Shown: positions 13,587 to 25,010 of the stretch, piece after piece | Layout: every line of letters begins with the position of its first letter | How positions within the stretch are numbered: position 1 is the first letter of the stretch | Assembly (NCBI RefSeq): GCF_018977255.1 | Contig: NW_024704742.1 | Coordinates: 95,296,001-95,360,000, forward strand | Reading direction: 5' to 3' | Length of the DNA stretch: 64,000 bases | DNA from: Callorhinchus milii | Taxonomy: Eukaryota | Made by a program: the position numbers and the translations under genes | The notes under the pieces: generated by a model | The model's database searches: none | Seen by the model: the letters and a program-made list of their open reading frames with translations, nothing else | What the model was told of the DNA's origin: nothing

Positions 13587-13795
13587 TGTGCCTTGCAGCC
13601 AAATGCTTTCAGCTTGTTAAGAATTTGAATGCAGTAAGTGGATAATTGAGATATGTGATTTAACTGGTGAGCAGCAGCAGACTATGGGTAAAAGAAACTG
13701 TTAGCACACAGTACAAGAATGTACACAACCTATCTCCTTTAGCAAACACGATGGTGAATGGGTATTTCAGAATTGATATTTCCTGTCCTCTGCAG

Positions 13796-14003
13796 TTCGG
13801 CGGCAACCCTTTTGCATCTTTGGTGAGTAATTCTGACGGGGGCAACCAACCATTGCGTACAGAAAATCGAGACCCTTTGCCCAACCCCTGGGCTCCACCA
13901 CCATCCAGTTCACAGTCTTCTACCACCAACACCAGCACCTCCACCAGTGGCAGCGGAACCACAAGTCAGCCTACCATGCCAGGCCTGGGAGCTGGATTGG
14001 GAG
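13796..14003 (+). CDS. UBQLN1: Ubiquilin-1 exon 6
   Basis: ctgcag|[35 protein letters not shown]...GLGAGLG|gtaact; 208 bp. Confidence 0.95.
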
Positions 14004-14378
14004 GTAACTATTGTTTATGGTTTAATGAGTTGTGGAAATCCAGGAAACCCCCTTTTGTTCTAGTTGTGCAATACTAGCAACCCTTCAGTACTTACAATTA
14101 GAAAAGGCAATGTGTTATGCGAAATTAAGAACCTCAGAAGGTCGTATTACAGATTCTTCCTACCAGTATATTGCTGAGGAGTATGATACAATTCAAAAGC
14201 CATGGGAGAATTGTGTTTGTACTAACCAATGTCCTGGTTTTGGGGTTGCAACTATTTCAACCTTTGTATTACACACAGGAGAAGCTGTCTTCAGTAATAT
14301 GCTTCCTGTTGTTTGAATTTTTCATCATATATAAATAATATATATATATATATACACACATATTGGTTTCTCTCTCAG

Positions 14379-14527
14379 CAGGATCTGGAATGTTCAATAC
14401 ACCGGGTATGCAAAGCTTGTTGCAACAGATCACAGAAAACCCACAACTGATGCAGAACATGCTCTCAGCACCTTACATGAGGAGTATGATGCAGTCTCTG
14501 AGCCAGAACCCAGATCTTGCATCACAG
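14379..14527 (+). CDS. UBQLN1: Ubiquilin-1 exon 7 (alternative tandem-acceptor start at 14382)
   Basis: ctctcagcag; [49 protein letters not shown]|gtacag. Confidence 0.94.
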
Positions 14528-14714
14528 GTACAGAATCATTTTTAAATTCAAATTTAAATTCAAGGTCCATGACCCACAATGCAGGATACTTCCAAGCTTG
14601 AAAGGAATAGGAGATAATTCAGGGTTCTGGGCCGATGATGAAAAGCTTGGATTTTAAAAGCCTGTGGATTGTAGGAGGAAGAAAGACTGAGGCAACAAAG
14701 AAATTTCAGTCTTG

Positions 14715-15055
14715 CTTTAGGTCAGTCAGGTGTCTGACATGCAGAAGGAAACCCATCACCACGGTTAAGAGCAGCCAAGCCAAACTACTGAGTCCCACAT
14801 ATATATGTTTTCATTTGTATGGAGTAGAGTGCGCACTCATTGAGTGGCCACTTTTAATTGGTGCAGCCAGGATCACCCTGTCCATTAGAGCTTTGGCTTG
14901 CAAGGTCAACTGCAGCTAAGTGGATAAATTCCTATCTCCAGGACCTGGTCTTCTCCAAATACTGTTGATGTGACACACGGACCGGCCTGGCTCAGGGACT
15001 GGACTACCAAGTCCACCACAGAGTATTGACTCGATTCTGATATTCCATTGTCACA
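14715..15055. mobile_element. Unclassified old interspersed repeat, copy 1 of 4
   Basis: GGTCAG..GGTGTCTGAC..GGAAACCCATCACCA start and GACTACCAAG..CCACAGAG end, shared with copies near 24625, 37460 and 57143. Confidence 0.7.
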
Positions 15056-15242
15056 CACATCACGTTGGGGCCAACTCAGCCCAAATGAGAAACACCATGC
15101 AAAATAAAATCATAATGAGACCTAAGCCAAATGAGATTCTGCTTACAGTTTCAGACTTGAAGTCCTCGGAAAGAGCAACATTAAAATATTTATTTGTAAT
15201 TACAATATTGTAAAGCATGATACTTATGATAATTGATACCTG

Positions 15243-15314
15243 AGTGTTTGTTTTATAAGTCAGTTATAATTGTTAACTGTGCTGCTGACTAAATTGGGGA
15301 TTTTGGATTTGAGT
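15243..15314. repeat. Right arm of the perfect 72-bp inverted repeat
   Basis: Exact reverse complement of 13515-13586. Confidence 0.95.
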
Positions 15315-15477
15315 GCAGTAATCCCATCAAAGGCCTTAAAACCATTCAGCTTGTGCAGAACAAAAGTTTGGATAAGTTATTTTTGGTTGCTGTAGCAAAC
15401 CACCTTTGGAATTTAAAACCAATTTTTGTAATTCTGCATTTCTGCATGATATATTCTACAGTGGAAGCCTTCATATT

Positions 15478-15542
15478 AGAGGGTGATTTGATAGCTTTCT
15501 ATTCATCTATCATGAGCAATGTCATGCCTAGGTAAAATAGAG
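15478..15542. repeat. 65-bp perfect direct repeat, copy 1 (partner at 17044-17108)
   Basis: AGAGGGTGATTTGATAGCTTTCTATTCATCTATCATGAGCAATGTCATGCCTAGGTAAAATAGAG. Confidence 0.95.
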
Positions 15543-16040
15543 GAAGAGTTTTGCATATATGCTGTTTGAAAAGTTATCGAGTAAAATTCCTGATGAGTAT
15601 TTCTGAATCTGCATCCCTCCCCCCACCCCCCGCAGGATTCAAACTTGCTCTCCACAGACAGCATTTCATTCAGAGAGGGTCTTCTGTTAAGAATTGGTTG
15701 CACAGAGAGATGTACAGTTGAGTCAAAGACCAGAACAGCATAACTGGGCAAACACTTGCAAAGTTTTAAAGACTAGGGGAAAGGTGAGGAAATGGGTTTA
15801 AAAGATCTGCTGTGATTTAATAAACTCACAAGACATGCTCGGTTGGTTATATGGCCTATTTCTATTTTTCTAAGGCAACTATCTTAAGGCGAAGACTGTA
15901 AAGACTTTTAAGGCCTTGGTTGACAGATTTCTCCAAATAAGATCGCCCTGCAACAGGAATTTGAGAAACTGAGTTAAATCTGTTGTATTGTTTCACAACC
16001 TATTCTTCCAAACAAACTAATAGAGATCTGTACATTGTAG

Positions 16041-16124
16041 ATCATGCTGAACAATCCACTGTTTGCTGGAAATCCTCAGCTACAAGACCAAATGAGACAA
16101 CAAATCCCTAATTTTCTGCAGCAG
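16041..16124 (+). CDS. UBQLN1: Ubiquilin-1 exon 8 (84 bp, symmetric)
   Basis: ttgtag|[28 protein letters not shown]|gtaaga. Confidence 0.95.
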
Positions 16125-17043
16125 GTAAGAGTTTTTAAAAAAATGTTTCTTCCCTTGCCCCCTACACCTTACAGTAAACCATGTGAAGCTCTTTGAGGCA
16201 TCTTGGGATGTGATGAGGCACTATATCAAATGCTAGGATTATTATTATAAATTACTTGAGTTTCAGTGTTCATTTATTGCTGTCAACCTTATTTGCCCTC
16301 TGGAGCTTTTATATATATGAAAGGACCATTGGTCTTTGTATCCACAAAATAAACTATGTACTTTTCAGGTTTTATCAGGGTCTATGTTTTCTATAGTGAA
16401 GGAAACAATCGAGGGACGGAGGGTTCGGCTGAAATTTAACATTTTTAAAAAAAAATGAAAAATCCCAAAATTTATTTTCGGGTACCCACTTTTTGCAGAC
16501 ATCTCAAAATCCACCTCATTGCTCCAGAACTATTAGTATTGCAGTAAGGTGAGTTTCGAGGTGGGCATATGCTAGCATGGATGCTTAAAAACAGTTGGTG
16601 AATTTATTTTTAAAACTTTGCATGCACTCCCACTTGAGCTTACTTTACAAATGACATTCCCCGTCAAACAACATCATTGTAATAAATCTTTTTATCTGAT
16701 TTGCACTGATAAAATATCAATTTTTCACTTGATTTAAAGTTTTAAAAGGAGGAGCTTTCCAGACCGGCTTGACAGAGGTGGTTAGGTTAGCTTCGGGGAC
16801 TCCCTAAGACAGTGTTTGAGAACCCCTGATGTAGAGAGATCTGCTTCATTCCTGGCTAACTTTCACACAATCTTCCTGGTTCACAGGAAGTGTGAACGTC
16901 ACTTCATGGTAAACCCCTGCTTTTAACTGTTTGTTTGGCTTTTCTCCTCCAATAGAAGTTGTAGTTGGACACTTAAGGGAAAAATAGACCTCTTCTGGGA
17001 GTCTTTTGATGTTTTGAAGTGCACCAGCTGGGGTTTTCATACC

Positions 17044-17108
17044 AGAGGGTGATTTGATAGCTTTCTATTCATCTATCATGAGCAATGTCATGCCTAGGTA
17101 AAATAGAG
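17044..17108. repeat. 65-bp perfect direct repeat, copy 2
   Basis: Identical to 15478-15542. Confidence 0.95.
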
Positions 17109-17669
17109 CCCTTATAAAGTGAGGGGTATTCTCATGACTCTTGCCTTAGGTTCATCTTAGTCCTATATAAAGGATGTTTCATTTATAGACTTCCTTTGTA
17201 AACTATGCGTAAGGGTAATTGTTGCCCTTGCCCTCCTCCCCAAACAAATGCAGTACTAAGGGCTATGGAAAAAAGGTGGGGAAATAAACTGGTGCAACTG
17301 ACTCAAAGGGGTGAATCGTCTCCTCCTTTTCCCATGTACCAATATAACTGGCCTTTGAATGTCCTTTAGCTATATAAATGCCATTTTGTTGTTGGCTTGA
17401 AAAGCATCCAACTAAATCTGGGATGATGTACTCACATTAAACTGTCACCTTTGTAAGGGAGCAGCTGGCTTTTTGTAAAATTTGTACATTTGAAGAATGA
17501 AGAATCCTCAGTACAAACTCCATTGGAAGTGCTAGTCCTAGCTTCATATTTCAGAGTCTGGCTGCAACATGGATGTAAGAACCAGTCATGTATCTGTAGA
17601 AGTATATATAGTAGCAAAATAATAACTGAAATCCAACCTTTTTAAACTAAGTGCCACTTTTCTTTTCAG

Positions 17670-17785
17670 ATGCAGAACCCTGAAACACTGTCTGCTATGT
17701 CAAACCCGAGAGCCATGCAGGCTTTGCTCCAAATTCAGCAAGGTCTGCAGACATTAGCTACAGAGGCCCCTGGGCTTCTACCAGG
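17670..17785 (+). CDS. UBQLN1: Ubiquilin-1 exon 9
   Basis: tttcag|[38 protein letters not shown](G)|gtaagt; 116 bp. Confidence 0.96.
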
Positions 17786-18282
17786 GTAAGTGTGCATTGT
17801 AGTGAAGCGATTCCCAGACAATTTTGCTCTTTGCCTGATTGCCAGAAGCCTGAATCTCTTGGGTTTGCACTAATCCCAAATGCTGCTTGCAAGTTGTAAG
17901 CCATACTGCTGTCATTTACTTTCTGCAAGAACTTTCTGTTTTAGCAAAGGTATTCATTGTAGTCACTCTATGGAGTTCTGTAATATGTCCTACTCCCTCT
18001 TGGAGTAAACATACTACCAGAGGGAGGGATGCATTTACTGAAGGGAGAAAGGTCCACTAAGTCAATTCTCTTAATACATCAAGTAGAGAACTTGTTAATG
18101 GACAGACTAATTCATGACCTTTAATTGTTTCTGAGGGTCAAGCAGTCTAGGCGTTCCGTTTAAAATTGTACTTAACTGCAGGCAGAGTTGTAAATCTCCA
18201 AAACTGTGTGGAAATCTCCAGGGAGGTGTCATATATCAGATGTTTGCTGCCTGGTTTGAGCTGTTTTGTGTTTGTTTTAAAG

Positions 18283-18430
18283 GCAGGTTAACAGTCCTGG
18301 AGAGTTTGGCACCACTGCCTCCAGCACAACTGACAGTACTAGTGCAACAGGTGGTCTGGGTACAACCGAGGCTGGACAGCAGCATTTCGTACAGCAGATG
18401 TTGCAGGCGCTAGCAGGAGCTAATTCACAG
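18283..18430 (+). CDS. UBQLN1: Ubiquilin-1 exon 10
   Basis: ttttaaag|QVNSPGEFGTTASSTTDSTSATGGLGTTEAGQQHFVQQMLQALAGANSQ|gtacac; this acceptor keeps the frame. Confidence 0.88.
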
Positions 18431-19277
18431 GTACACACAGAAACTTCTTGAGTAATTATTCTGGGGAAGGAGCGGGATGTTTGTGGTGCTGGTCTTGAAC
18501 TCAGACACGCTTGTTCAACGTACATTGAACAAATACATTATTTGTAAACTAGAAATCTTACAAGTTCCTTGCAAACTTGCTTGCAATCCCTAATTAATCT
18601 ATTTCTGTAATTTAAAATACTTGTCTGAAACCTGAAAATTTTAGTGTAGATTCTTGTTGTGAGATTTACTATTTATACAAGGTGATGGGAAGACGTATGA
18701 CAGTACAAGACAAGAGTGTAGGTATCCATAGAATTACTCTTGCCAGTAATCCTGGGCAACTGGAGCACAGAAAGGCTGTCATTTCATATATGCCCAAAAT
18801 ATATGGAGAAATTATGTTGGGAGTTGAGACTTAAAACAATGAGATAAAAAGCAAATTAATTTTTTATAATCATTTAAAAAAACAGCCTAATGGCTCAGTT
18901 AATAATTGCATTGTTAGTTATGGTACTAAATCCCAGATGAATCTTGACTGCTCAGTAAGGGCCAGGGTTTTATGTAGCATCAGGATGAAGTTTTCGTTGT
19001 CCATTGGGTTTGTACTTTTCAAAGCCCATGAGCTTTGAATCATGACTAGAGGTTTGAGAAGATTCACATGATTTCAGCCAGCGCATGTCCTGAGAGCAGA
19101 AGAACTAACTTTTGTCTCATTGATTGCCAGGCCATTTGAAGGTATGTAGACAGTGAATCTTTATTTACAGTTGCACAATTCTGGCTGGAAAAGCAGCAGG
19201 CTATTTGTTTTTACCATGATCTCATTATGCTCCAGTAAAGTCTCATTTGGTTCATTATTGAGGGTGATAGCTGGTGA

Positions 19278-19475
<198 letters not shown>

Positions 19476-19836
19476 CAACCTTCCTCCAGCTTGCAAAGAA
19501 ATTGTAATTTATTTTTGATATAACAGCAGTTAAATCTTTAAAAAAATGCTTTTTTCAGCTTGATTTTTGAGATTGGGTCTTGTATTTGGAGAGTGAGATA
19601 ATTGATGCATTACAATAGTGAATGCAGTGAGGCTGTTGTACAGTACTGAGTCCTGGGATTTGGTCGGAGATGTTGCATGCATCAAAATTTTCGTTCTCCG
19701 TTGCGTTTGTGCTTTTCAAAACCCATTTGAGCTTTTCAAGTCATGTGAATAGTTTTTTTTTGGTCTGACCTGAAAATCTGTTTAAATCTCAAGTCTTGCT
19801 GTTTAAGCAGTAGCATCTCGATAGTAATTTGTATAG

Positions 19837-20373
19837 AATAAAAACTATAAAAGCAGAACAAACTGATCAAAGCTGCAGTGACTGATCATCCATTGTGTAT
19901 TGTGAACGAAGCATGCATTTATGGCAAACAAATAGCACCCAAAAAATAAACTAAATGCAGGACACCATTGAATCTAATATTTATTATTTGCTTTATCTGC
20001 AAAATAAAATACACAAATGTACTGCATTCGATATAATTTCACAGAAAAGTATCCCAATACAGTATCTTTCTTGTCTGTTAAGGCAGTTGCAGTGGTTTTG
20101 AGCTTCCTAATTCTGGATAACTTAAAATATTTGTGCAGCTTAAATGAGCACCTTATTCATAAATGTGTGCTTTTGACTACCGCAGACTGACTTTGGCCAG
20201 CTGATTCCTAGCATAAATTGTATGTGCATTATGATTTGTAATTTGAGATGTCTTTTCTTTTAAAGTGTCTCTTGTAATATTAATCTAATAATTTCTCTGA
20301 ACTGCCTTGTACAAAAATATTTAACCCTTCAGTTTTTATCATTAGTATTTACTTATGTGCACAGGTCATTAAA
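19837..20373 (+). terminator. Candidate UBQLN1 polyadenylation signals
   Basis: AATAAA at 19837, 19945 and 20003; ATTAAA at 20368; which is used is unknown. Confidence 0.5.
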
Positions 20374-20889
20374 CTGAATTAGAAATGATGTGTGATTTCT
20401 TTTTTAAAGTCAGAAGTCCCAATGAATAAGGCTGCTACAAAAAGATTGTTCAGATTCCAATGGTTATCTGAGAAAGTATGGAATGCATCAACTATACAAT
20501 TTCCCTTCATTGTGAGGAGGGTAGGGCAGAGGTAGGGAGGCAGAGTTCTGCAAACTAAGCTAGACCACAGAAACCACGGGCTGCTTTTACTGTAAAGTAC
20601 ATGTTGAATTCAGTATGTTAATGGTCTCTGTAGAAATACCATCTCCAATGGTAGCTAGAAAAAATAGTAAATTACTTGTAGCTTTATTTCTGCCGCTTGT
20701 GTGCCTGGATTATTTTCATCACAATAGTACTTTGGATGCGATTTTTTACATGTATTTTGACTCGCCAAGCAAAAACATATCGGGGGGGTGAGAGAGAGAA
20801 AAAGCTACAATCAAAAGAGCAAGCTAGAATTCAAAGACTCCCAAGGGGAAGTAAAAATATACAAGGAAGATGGAAGACTTATTAATACA

Positions 20890-21060
20890 TAATAATCCTT
20901 GAAATTGATATAGTGCCTTATCACGTATTTTGAGACGTCTCAAAGCGCTTCACAGAATATACTGTAAAGTGAATTGACTATATTTTGTGGGTGAAACCCC
21001 GCAGTCAATTGTGCACAGCAGTGTCCCACAAACAGTCATGGATTGAGTGACCAAATTATT
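20890..21060 (-). mobile_element. SINE 3' half
   Basis: Tail and core motifs. Confidence 0.8.
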
Positions 21061-21479
21061 AATGAAGTACATAATATGAACCCTTTGATTTTTTGACCGT
21101 GATTACAATGTTTTATAACATTTATTCAATTTTCTTTGCTGTATGTTTTCAATTATTTTCACACTGTTCCATCCATGTTCACGCTCCCTTCTCATCTCCA
21201 TGTTTTAAGATTTATAAACAATTCAAAAGTGTTGAAGCTCCCCCACTTTAATAGTGGTTCGTCTTCCTCCACTACGCACATCCAAAACCAGCTGCAGATT
21301 TCCAGCATTTTCTATCTAATCCAGATTTCCAGTATTTACAGTTTCTCTTTTATCTATATTGACTCAGACAACTATTTGTGTTTCTAGAGTGTTCCGTCTA
21401 CATTGCACAAGTTACACTGGTATTGTCAACCGCACTAGGTATTGCAGCACTTATTTTTTGTATTTATTCCATTTTAAAA

Positions 21480-22270
21480 ACTAAGAAAAGTGTGCAGTGG
21501 TACATTTTGGTAGAAGGAATAAGTCACATACATCCTGGAAAATAAAAACCTAAATGGGGTAGAGGACCTAGGGGTACACATACACAATTCACTAAAAGTA
21601 CAACGCAAGTTAATAAGGCCATAAAAAAGGGAAACCCAGGCCTTGGGGTTCATTTCTAGAGGGATAGAAATGAAAAGCAGGAAGTTATGGTAAACCTCTA
21701 TAAAACTTTGGTTAGACCACACTTAGAATACTGTGTGCAGATCTGGTCCCCACATTATAGAAGGGATGTAGAGGCACTGGAGACGGTGCAAAGGAGATTC
21801 AGAGAGATGATCCCAGAACTGAGAGGTTATACCCATCAGGAAAGGCTGAACATACTTGGACTCTTTTGAAAAGAGGGTAAGGGGTGACCTGATAGAGATC
21901 TTTAAAATTATGAAAGGTTTTGATAGGGTAGACATAGAGAAGATGTTTCTACTTGTGGGGGAGACCAAAACCAGGAGTCATCAATATAAAATAGTCACGA
22001 ATAGCTCAAATTGGGAAGTTAGAAGAAATTTCTTCACACAGAGAGCAGTGGGAATGTGGAATGTGCTATCACAAGGCGTTGTTGAGGCAAATAGTATAGA
22101 TGTATTTAAGGGAAAGCTAGAGAGTTACATGAGGGAGAAAGGGATAAAAGGTTATGCTTGAAGGCTTAGTTGAGGAAGGGCAGGAGGAGGCTCATGTGGA
22201 GCATAAACACCGGCATAGACCAGTTGGGCCGAATGGCCTCTTTCTGTGGTGTATATTCTAATGTATGTAT
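21480..22270 (+). mobile_element. CR1 LINE 3' fragment
   Basis: LYKTLVRPHLEYCVQIWSPHYRRDVEALETVQRRF and RGDLIEIFKIMKGFD, frameshifted; CR1-type 3' UTR. Confidence 0.9.
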
Positions 22271-22937
22271 TCGAACTGCAGTTTAAAAATAGTTAAAACA
22301 TATTTGCACAGCAAATTGCAACATAGTCCAAGAATATTCAGACATTTAATCTTTACAGTTTCCTCATTGAAAACACTCAACCATCCATTTTAATGTTGTG
22401 CTTTGAAGAAATGGATTTACAAGCCTGATAATTTTACTTAGAATCTTTCTGGGAGGTACATTAAAATTACTGAGAAAATGTCAATATTGAAAGAAAATGC
22501 AAGCAACATCAGAATGGAGTTTTGATTAGAAATTTATCTATAGATCAATCGGCAGAGAATTTAAGAGCACACCTTAAATGTTGGAGGGGCGGGATGGGGG
22601 GGAACGGGGTCCCAGTAAAGTTTGTTGTAATTAGAATCAATGGTTTGAACCTTTACGACCTGCGGGGAACTTTCAAACCAAATGTAATAAACATTTATGT
22701 TTAAGTGCATGCTTCAGGAGACCAGGCACCAAAGAGATGGCTATTACAGTGACATCACCCTTTTAATATAGGCTGGAGGTCTGACTTGAAACAAGCAGTG
22801 AAGTAATAAAAAGGAGGAGAAAATTCTACTTTAATACAGTAAGTAGCTTTTCATAAAAACTCTTTGACACCTGAGGGCAGAGTGTCTACATTATGCATTT
22901 CATATTAGTTATTACTGTGATGGATGCTAACTAGCTG

Positions 22938-22943
22938 TTTATT
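22938..22943 (-). terminator. Candidate IDNK polyA signal
   Basis: AATAAA on the - strand about 300 nt past the stop codon. Confidence 0.4.
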
Positions 22944-23238
22944 ATCCTAAGGTTAAAAAAAAGTGACAAAGCCAAAGTGAGTTATGACTATCTCGTGTAG
23001 ATGTCAATCATGTTTGACATTTCTATTTCTGACGGTTATTTCAATTGAAAACATTTAAATAGCTTTTAGTAGCCCAAAAATAAATCACCTGAAGTTGTCT
23101 CATGGTATTAATTTGCCCTAACATACCTGTGCAATAGGAATTTGATGCACATGGATATTTCTCCACTGGAATAATTATATCTGTTGGACACAGTTTTCCG
23201 ACCATGCCTTGGCAATAACTCATATGGTCTTACTAAAA

Positions 23239-23602
23239 TCAAAGATTGCAGTTCAACCTTTGCATAATCTCTGTTACTATCTCCAGGATGTTTTTCTCAA
23301 CACTGATGCTCATAAAGTTCTCTGTCTTATCTGGAGGTTCTAGAGTATCAAATTGAGACTGCAATAAAGATGGTGACATAAAATGTCCCTCTCTACTCTC
23401 TAATCTCTTGGAAATCAGCTCCATGGAACCATGCAAGTACACAAACAAGATCTCATTCTTGCTGGAGGCAGGTGCTGCATATTCCTGGTTCTGACTTGTC
23501 TCGGTATCGGTGGCTGCACTCTGCTCGCCAGTCAAGACTCTTCGATACATTCTCTTCAGAGCAGAACATGCTAGGATCATATTTTTCCCCAGCAACTTTT
23601 CT
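23239..23602 (-). CDS. IDNK: Gluconokinase exon 5 (last)
   Basis: ctacag|EKLLGKNMILACSALKRMYRRVL...LFVYLHGSMELISKRLESREGHFMSPSLLQSQFDTLEPP...NCNL*; hallmark ACSALK and GHFM..LL.SQF..LEPP motifs. Confidence 0.95.
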
Positions 23603-24144
23603 CTGTAGTTAAAGAAATTAATCATTAATTTAAAAAGACTTGATAATTTTACAATACCCCAGGAAAAATGAACAAATATAAAGGAAACATTGAGCAAGTA
23701 TTTTAGTTTGAGTTATCACAAAACTGTATAAACAAAGTGTATACTTGAATGATGTATGATTATTTTGTAATTTTTAAGAACAAACTGATCGCTGAATAGT
23801 CAGGGAAAAACTGAATATGGTATTCTTGGGCAAGAGTAATTTTGGCTTCAGGAAGTAGTGTTCCTGATTGGTCAGGACCACTGTGGTCATTTGAAATTAC
23901 GCAAGAAAGTGGATTATTTAAAAGTATTGTAATCATTTACATTGCTCACTGGGTAAGCACAATGCTTTCAGTTTGAATTCGGTCCAGAATGATGGGACAA
24001 AGCTTTTCTAAGCTGCGTTATGGAGAAACAAATTCCGACTGATAGTCAGGTCCAAGAAGGTAGGGATTCACAGCACAAAGCTGCCCACAACTTGGTTTTC
24101 AATTTTTATGCACAAATTTCTCTCAGCCACCCCACCCTCCCTCC

Positions 24145-24300
24145 AAGCACACGGACACACACGTTACAGCAGGGGGTCACTGGATAGCAATCTGGAACAT
24201 GAATGCAGACTTAATTTTTTTCTAACTCAGGGTGCTGAGGCCAATTATAGTACTTTTAAATCCTGTCCGGCTGAGATTGGCTAACCCTGCACAAAACAAA
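24145..24300 (-). mobile_element. Ancient SINE fragment (AmnSINE2-like from memory); second copy at about 46115-46265
   Basis: CAGCAGGGGGTCACTGGATAGC...GGTGCTGAGGCCAATT..CTGAGATT; similar motifs at 46115. Confidence 0.45.
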
Positions 24301-24624
24301 TTCCTGTACACGTCTAATTTATTTGAAGGGGTTATAAAAACTGGCTGAAAATGTCAGGCATTCAAGAGTCACACACTTTTCAGGATCTACAAAAACGATG
24401 TATGCATCATGTGATGCAAGTCTGTGTCAGCTGGGACACTTGCAAAACCACTTGCTGTGCTTTAACAGTCACCGTCTCCAGAAGCTTACTTTCTATTTGT
24501 CAGTTATGGTGATTGCAAGCACTCTGTGGGGGGAAGAAAATTCAACTCAAATACCCTGTTTCAATATGCCTGGAGATGACAGGCTTAGGTGCTAAAGTAA
24601 AGCTACGAGTGATCTTAAAGTTAA

Positions 24625-25010
24625 AATTTTTTTAGTCAGTTGGATGTCTGACACATGCAAAAACTCATCAATATGTTTAAGATTACTGCAAACTAGACTA
24701 AAAGTTCCACATTTCTATGCTACCCACTTGGAAAATGTCCTTTGTCTGGAGGGATGCACTCTGCTTTCCTAATTTCAAAGAGTATTAGGCACAGGTTGAC
24801 TAGAGCCAAGGATTGGGGACCCCAGAGTGTGCATTAGGGTCCTGCTGGAGTTTAACCAACCAAAACTACACAGGTTGCCATTGAGAACATTGTCTGGCAA
24901 GCTTCCTGCTGCTTGTCCAGCTTAGACAACCATATCCATTTAGTGCTTTGGTTTGCAGGGTTACGCCACAGAGGATTGACTTAATGCCGACATTCCATTC
25001 CAAGCACAAA
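24625..25010. mobile_element. Unclassified interspersed repeat, copy 2 of 4
   Basis: Colinear similarity to 37460-38550. Confidence 0.75.

Noticed and set aside
16814..16828. hAT-like terminal repeat GTTTGAGAACCCCTG in intron 8
   Set aside because: No convincing partner end or 8-bp TSD found, so no element could be delimited
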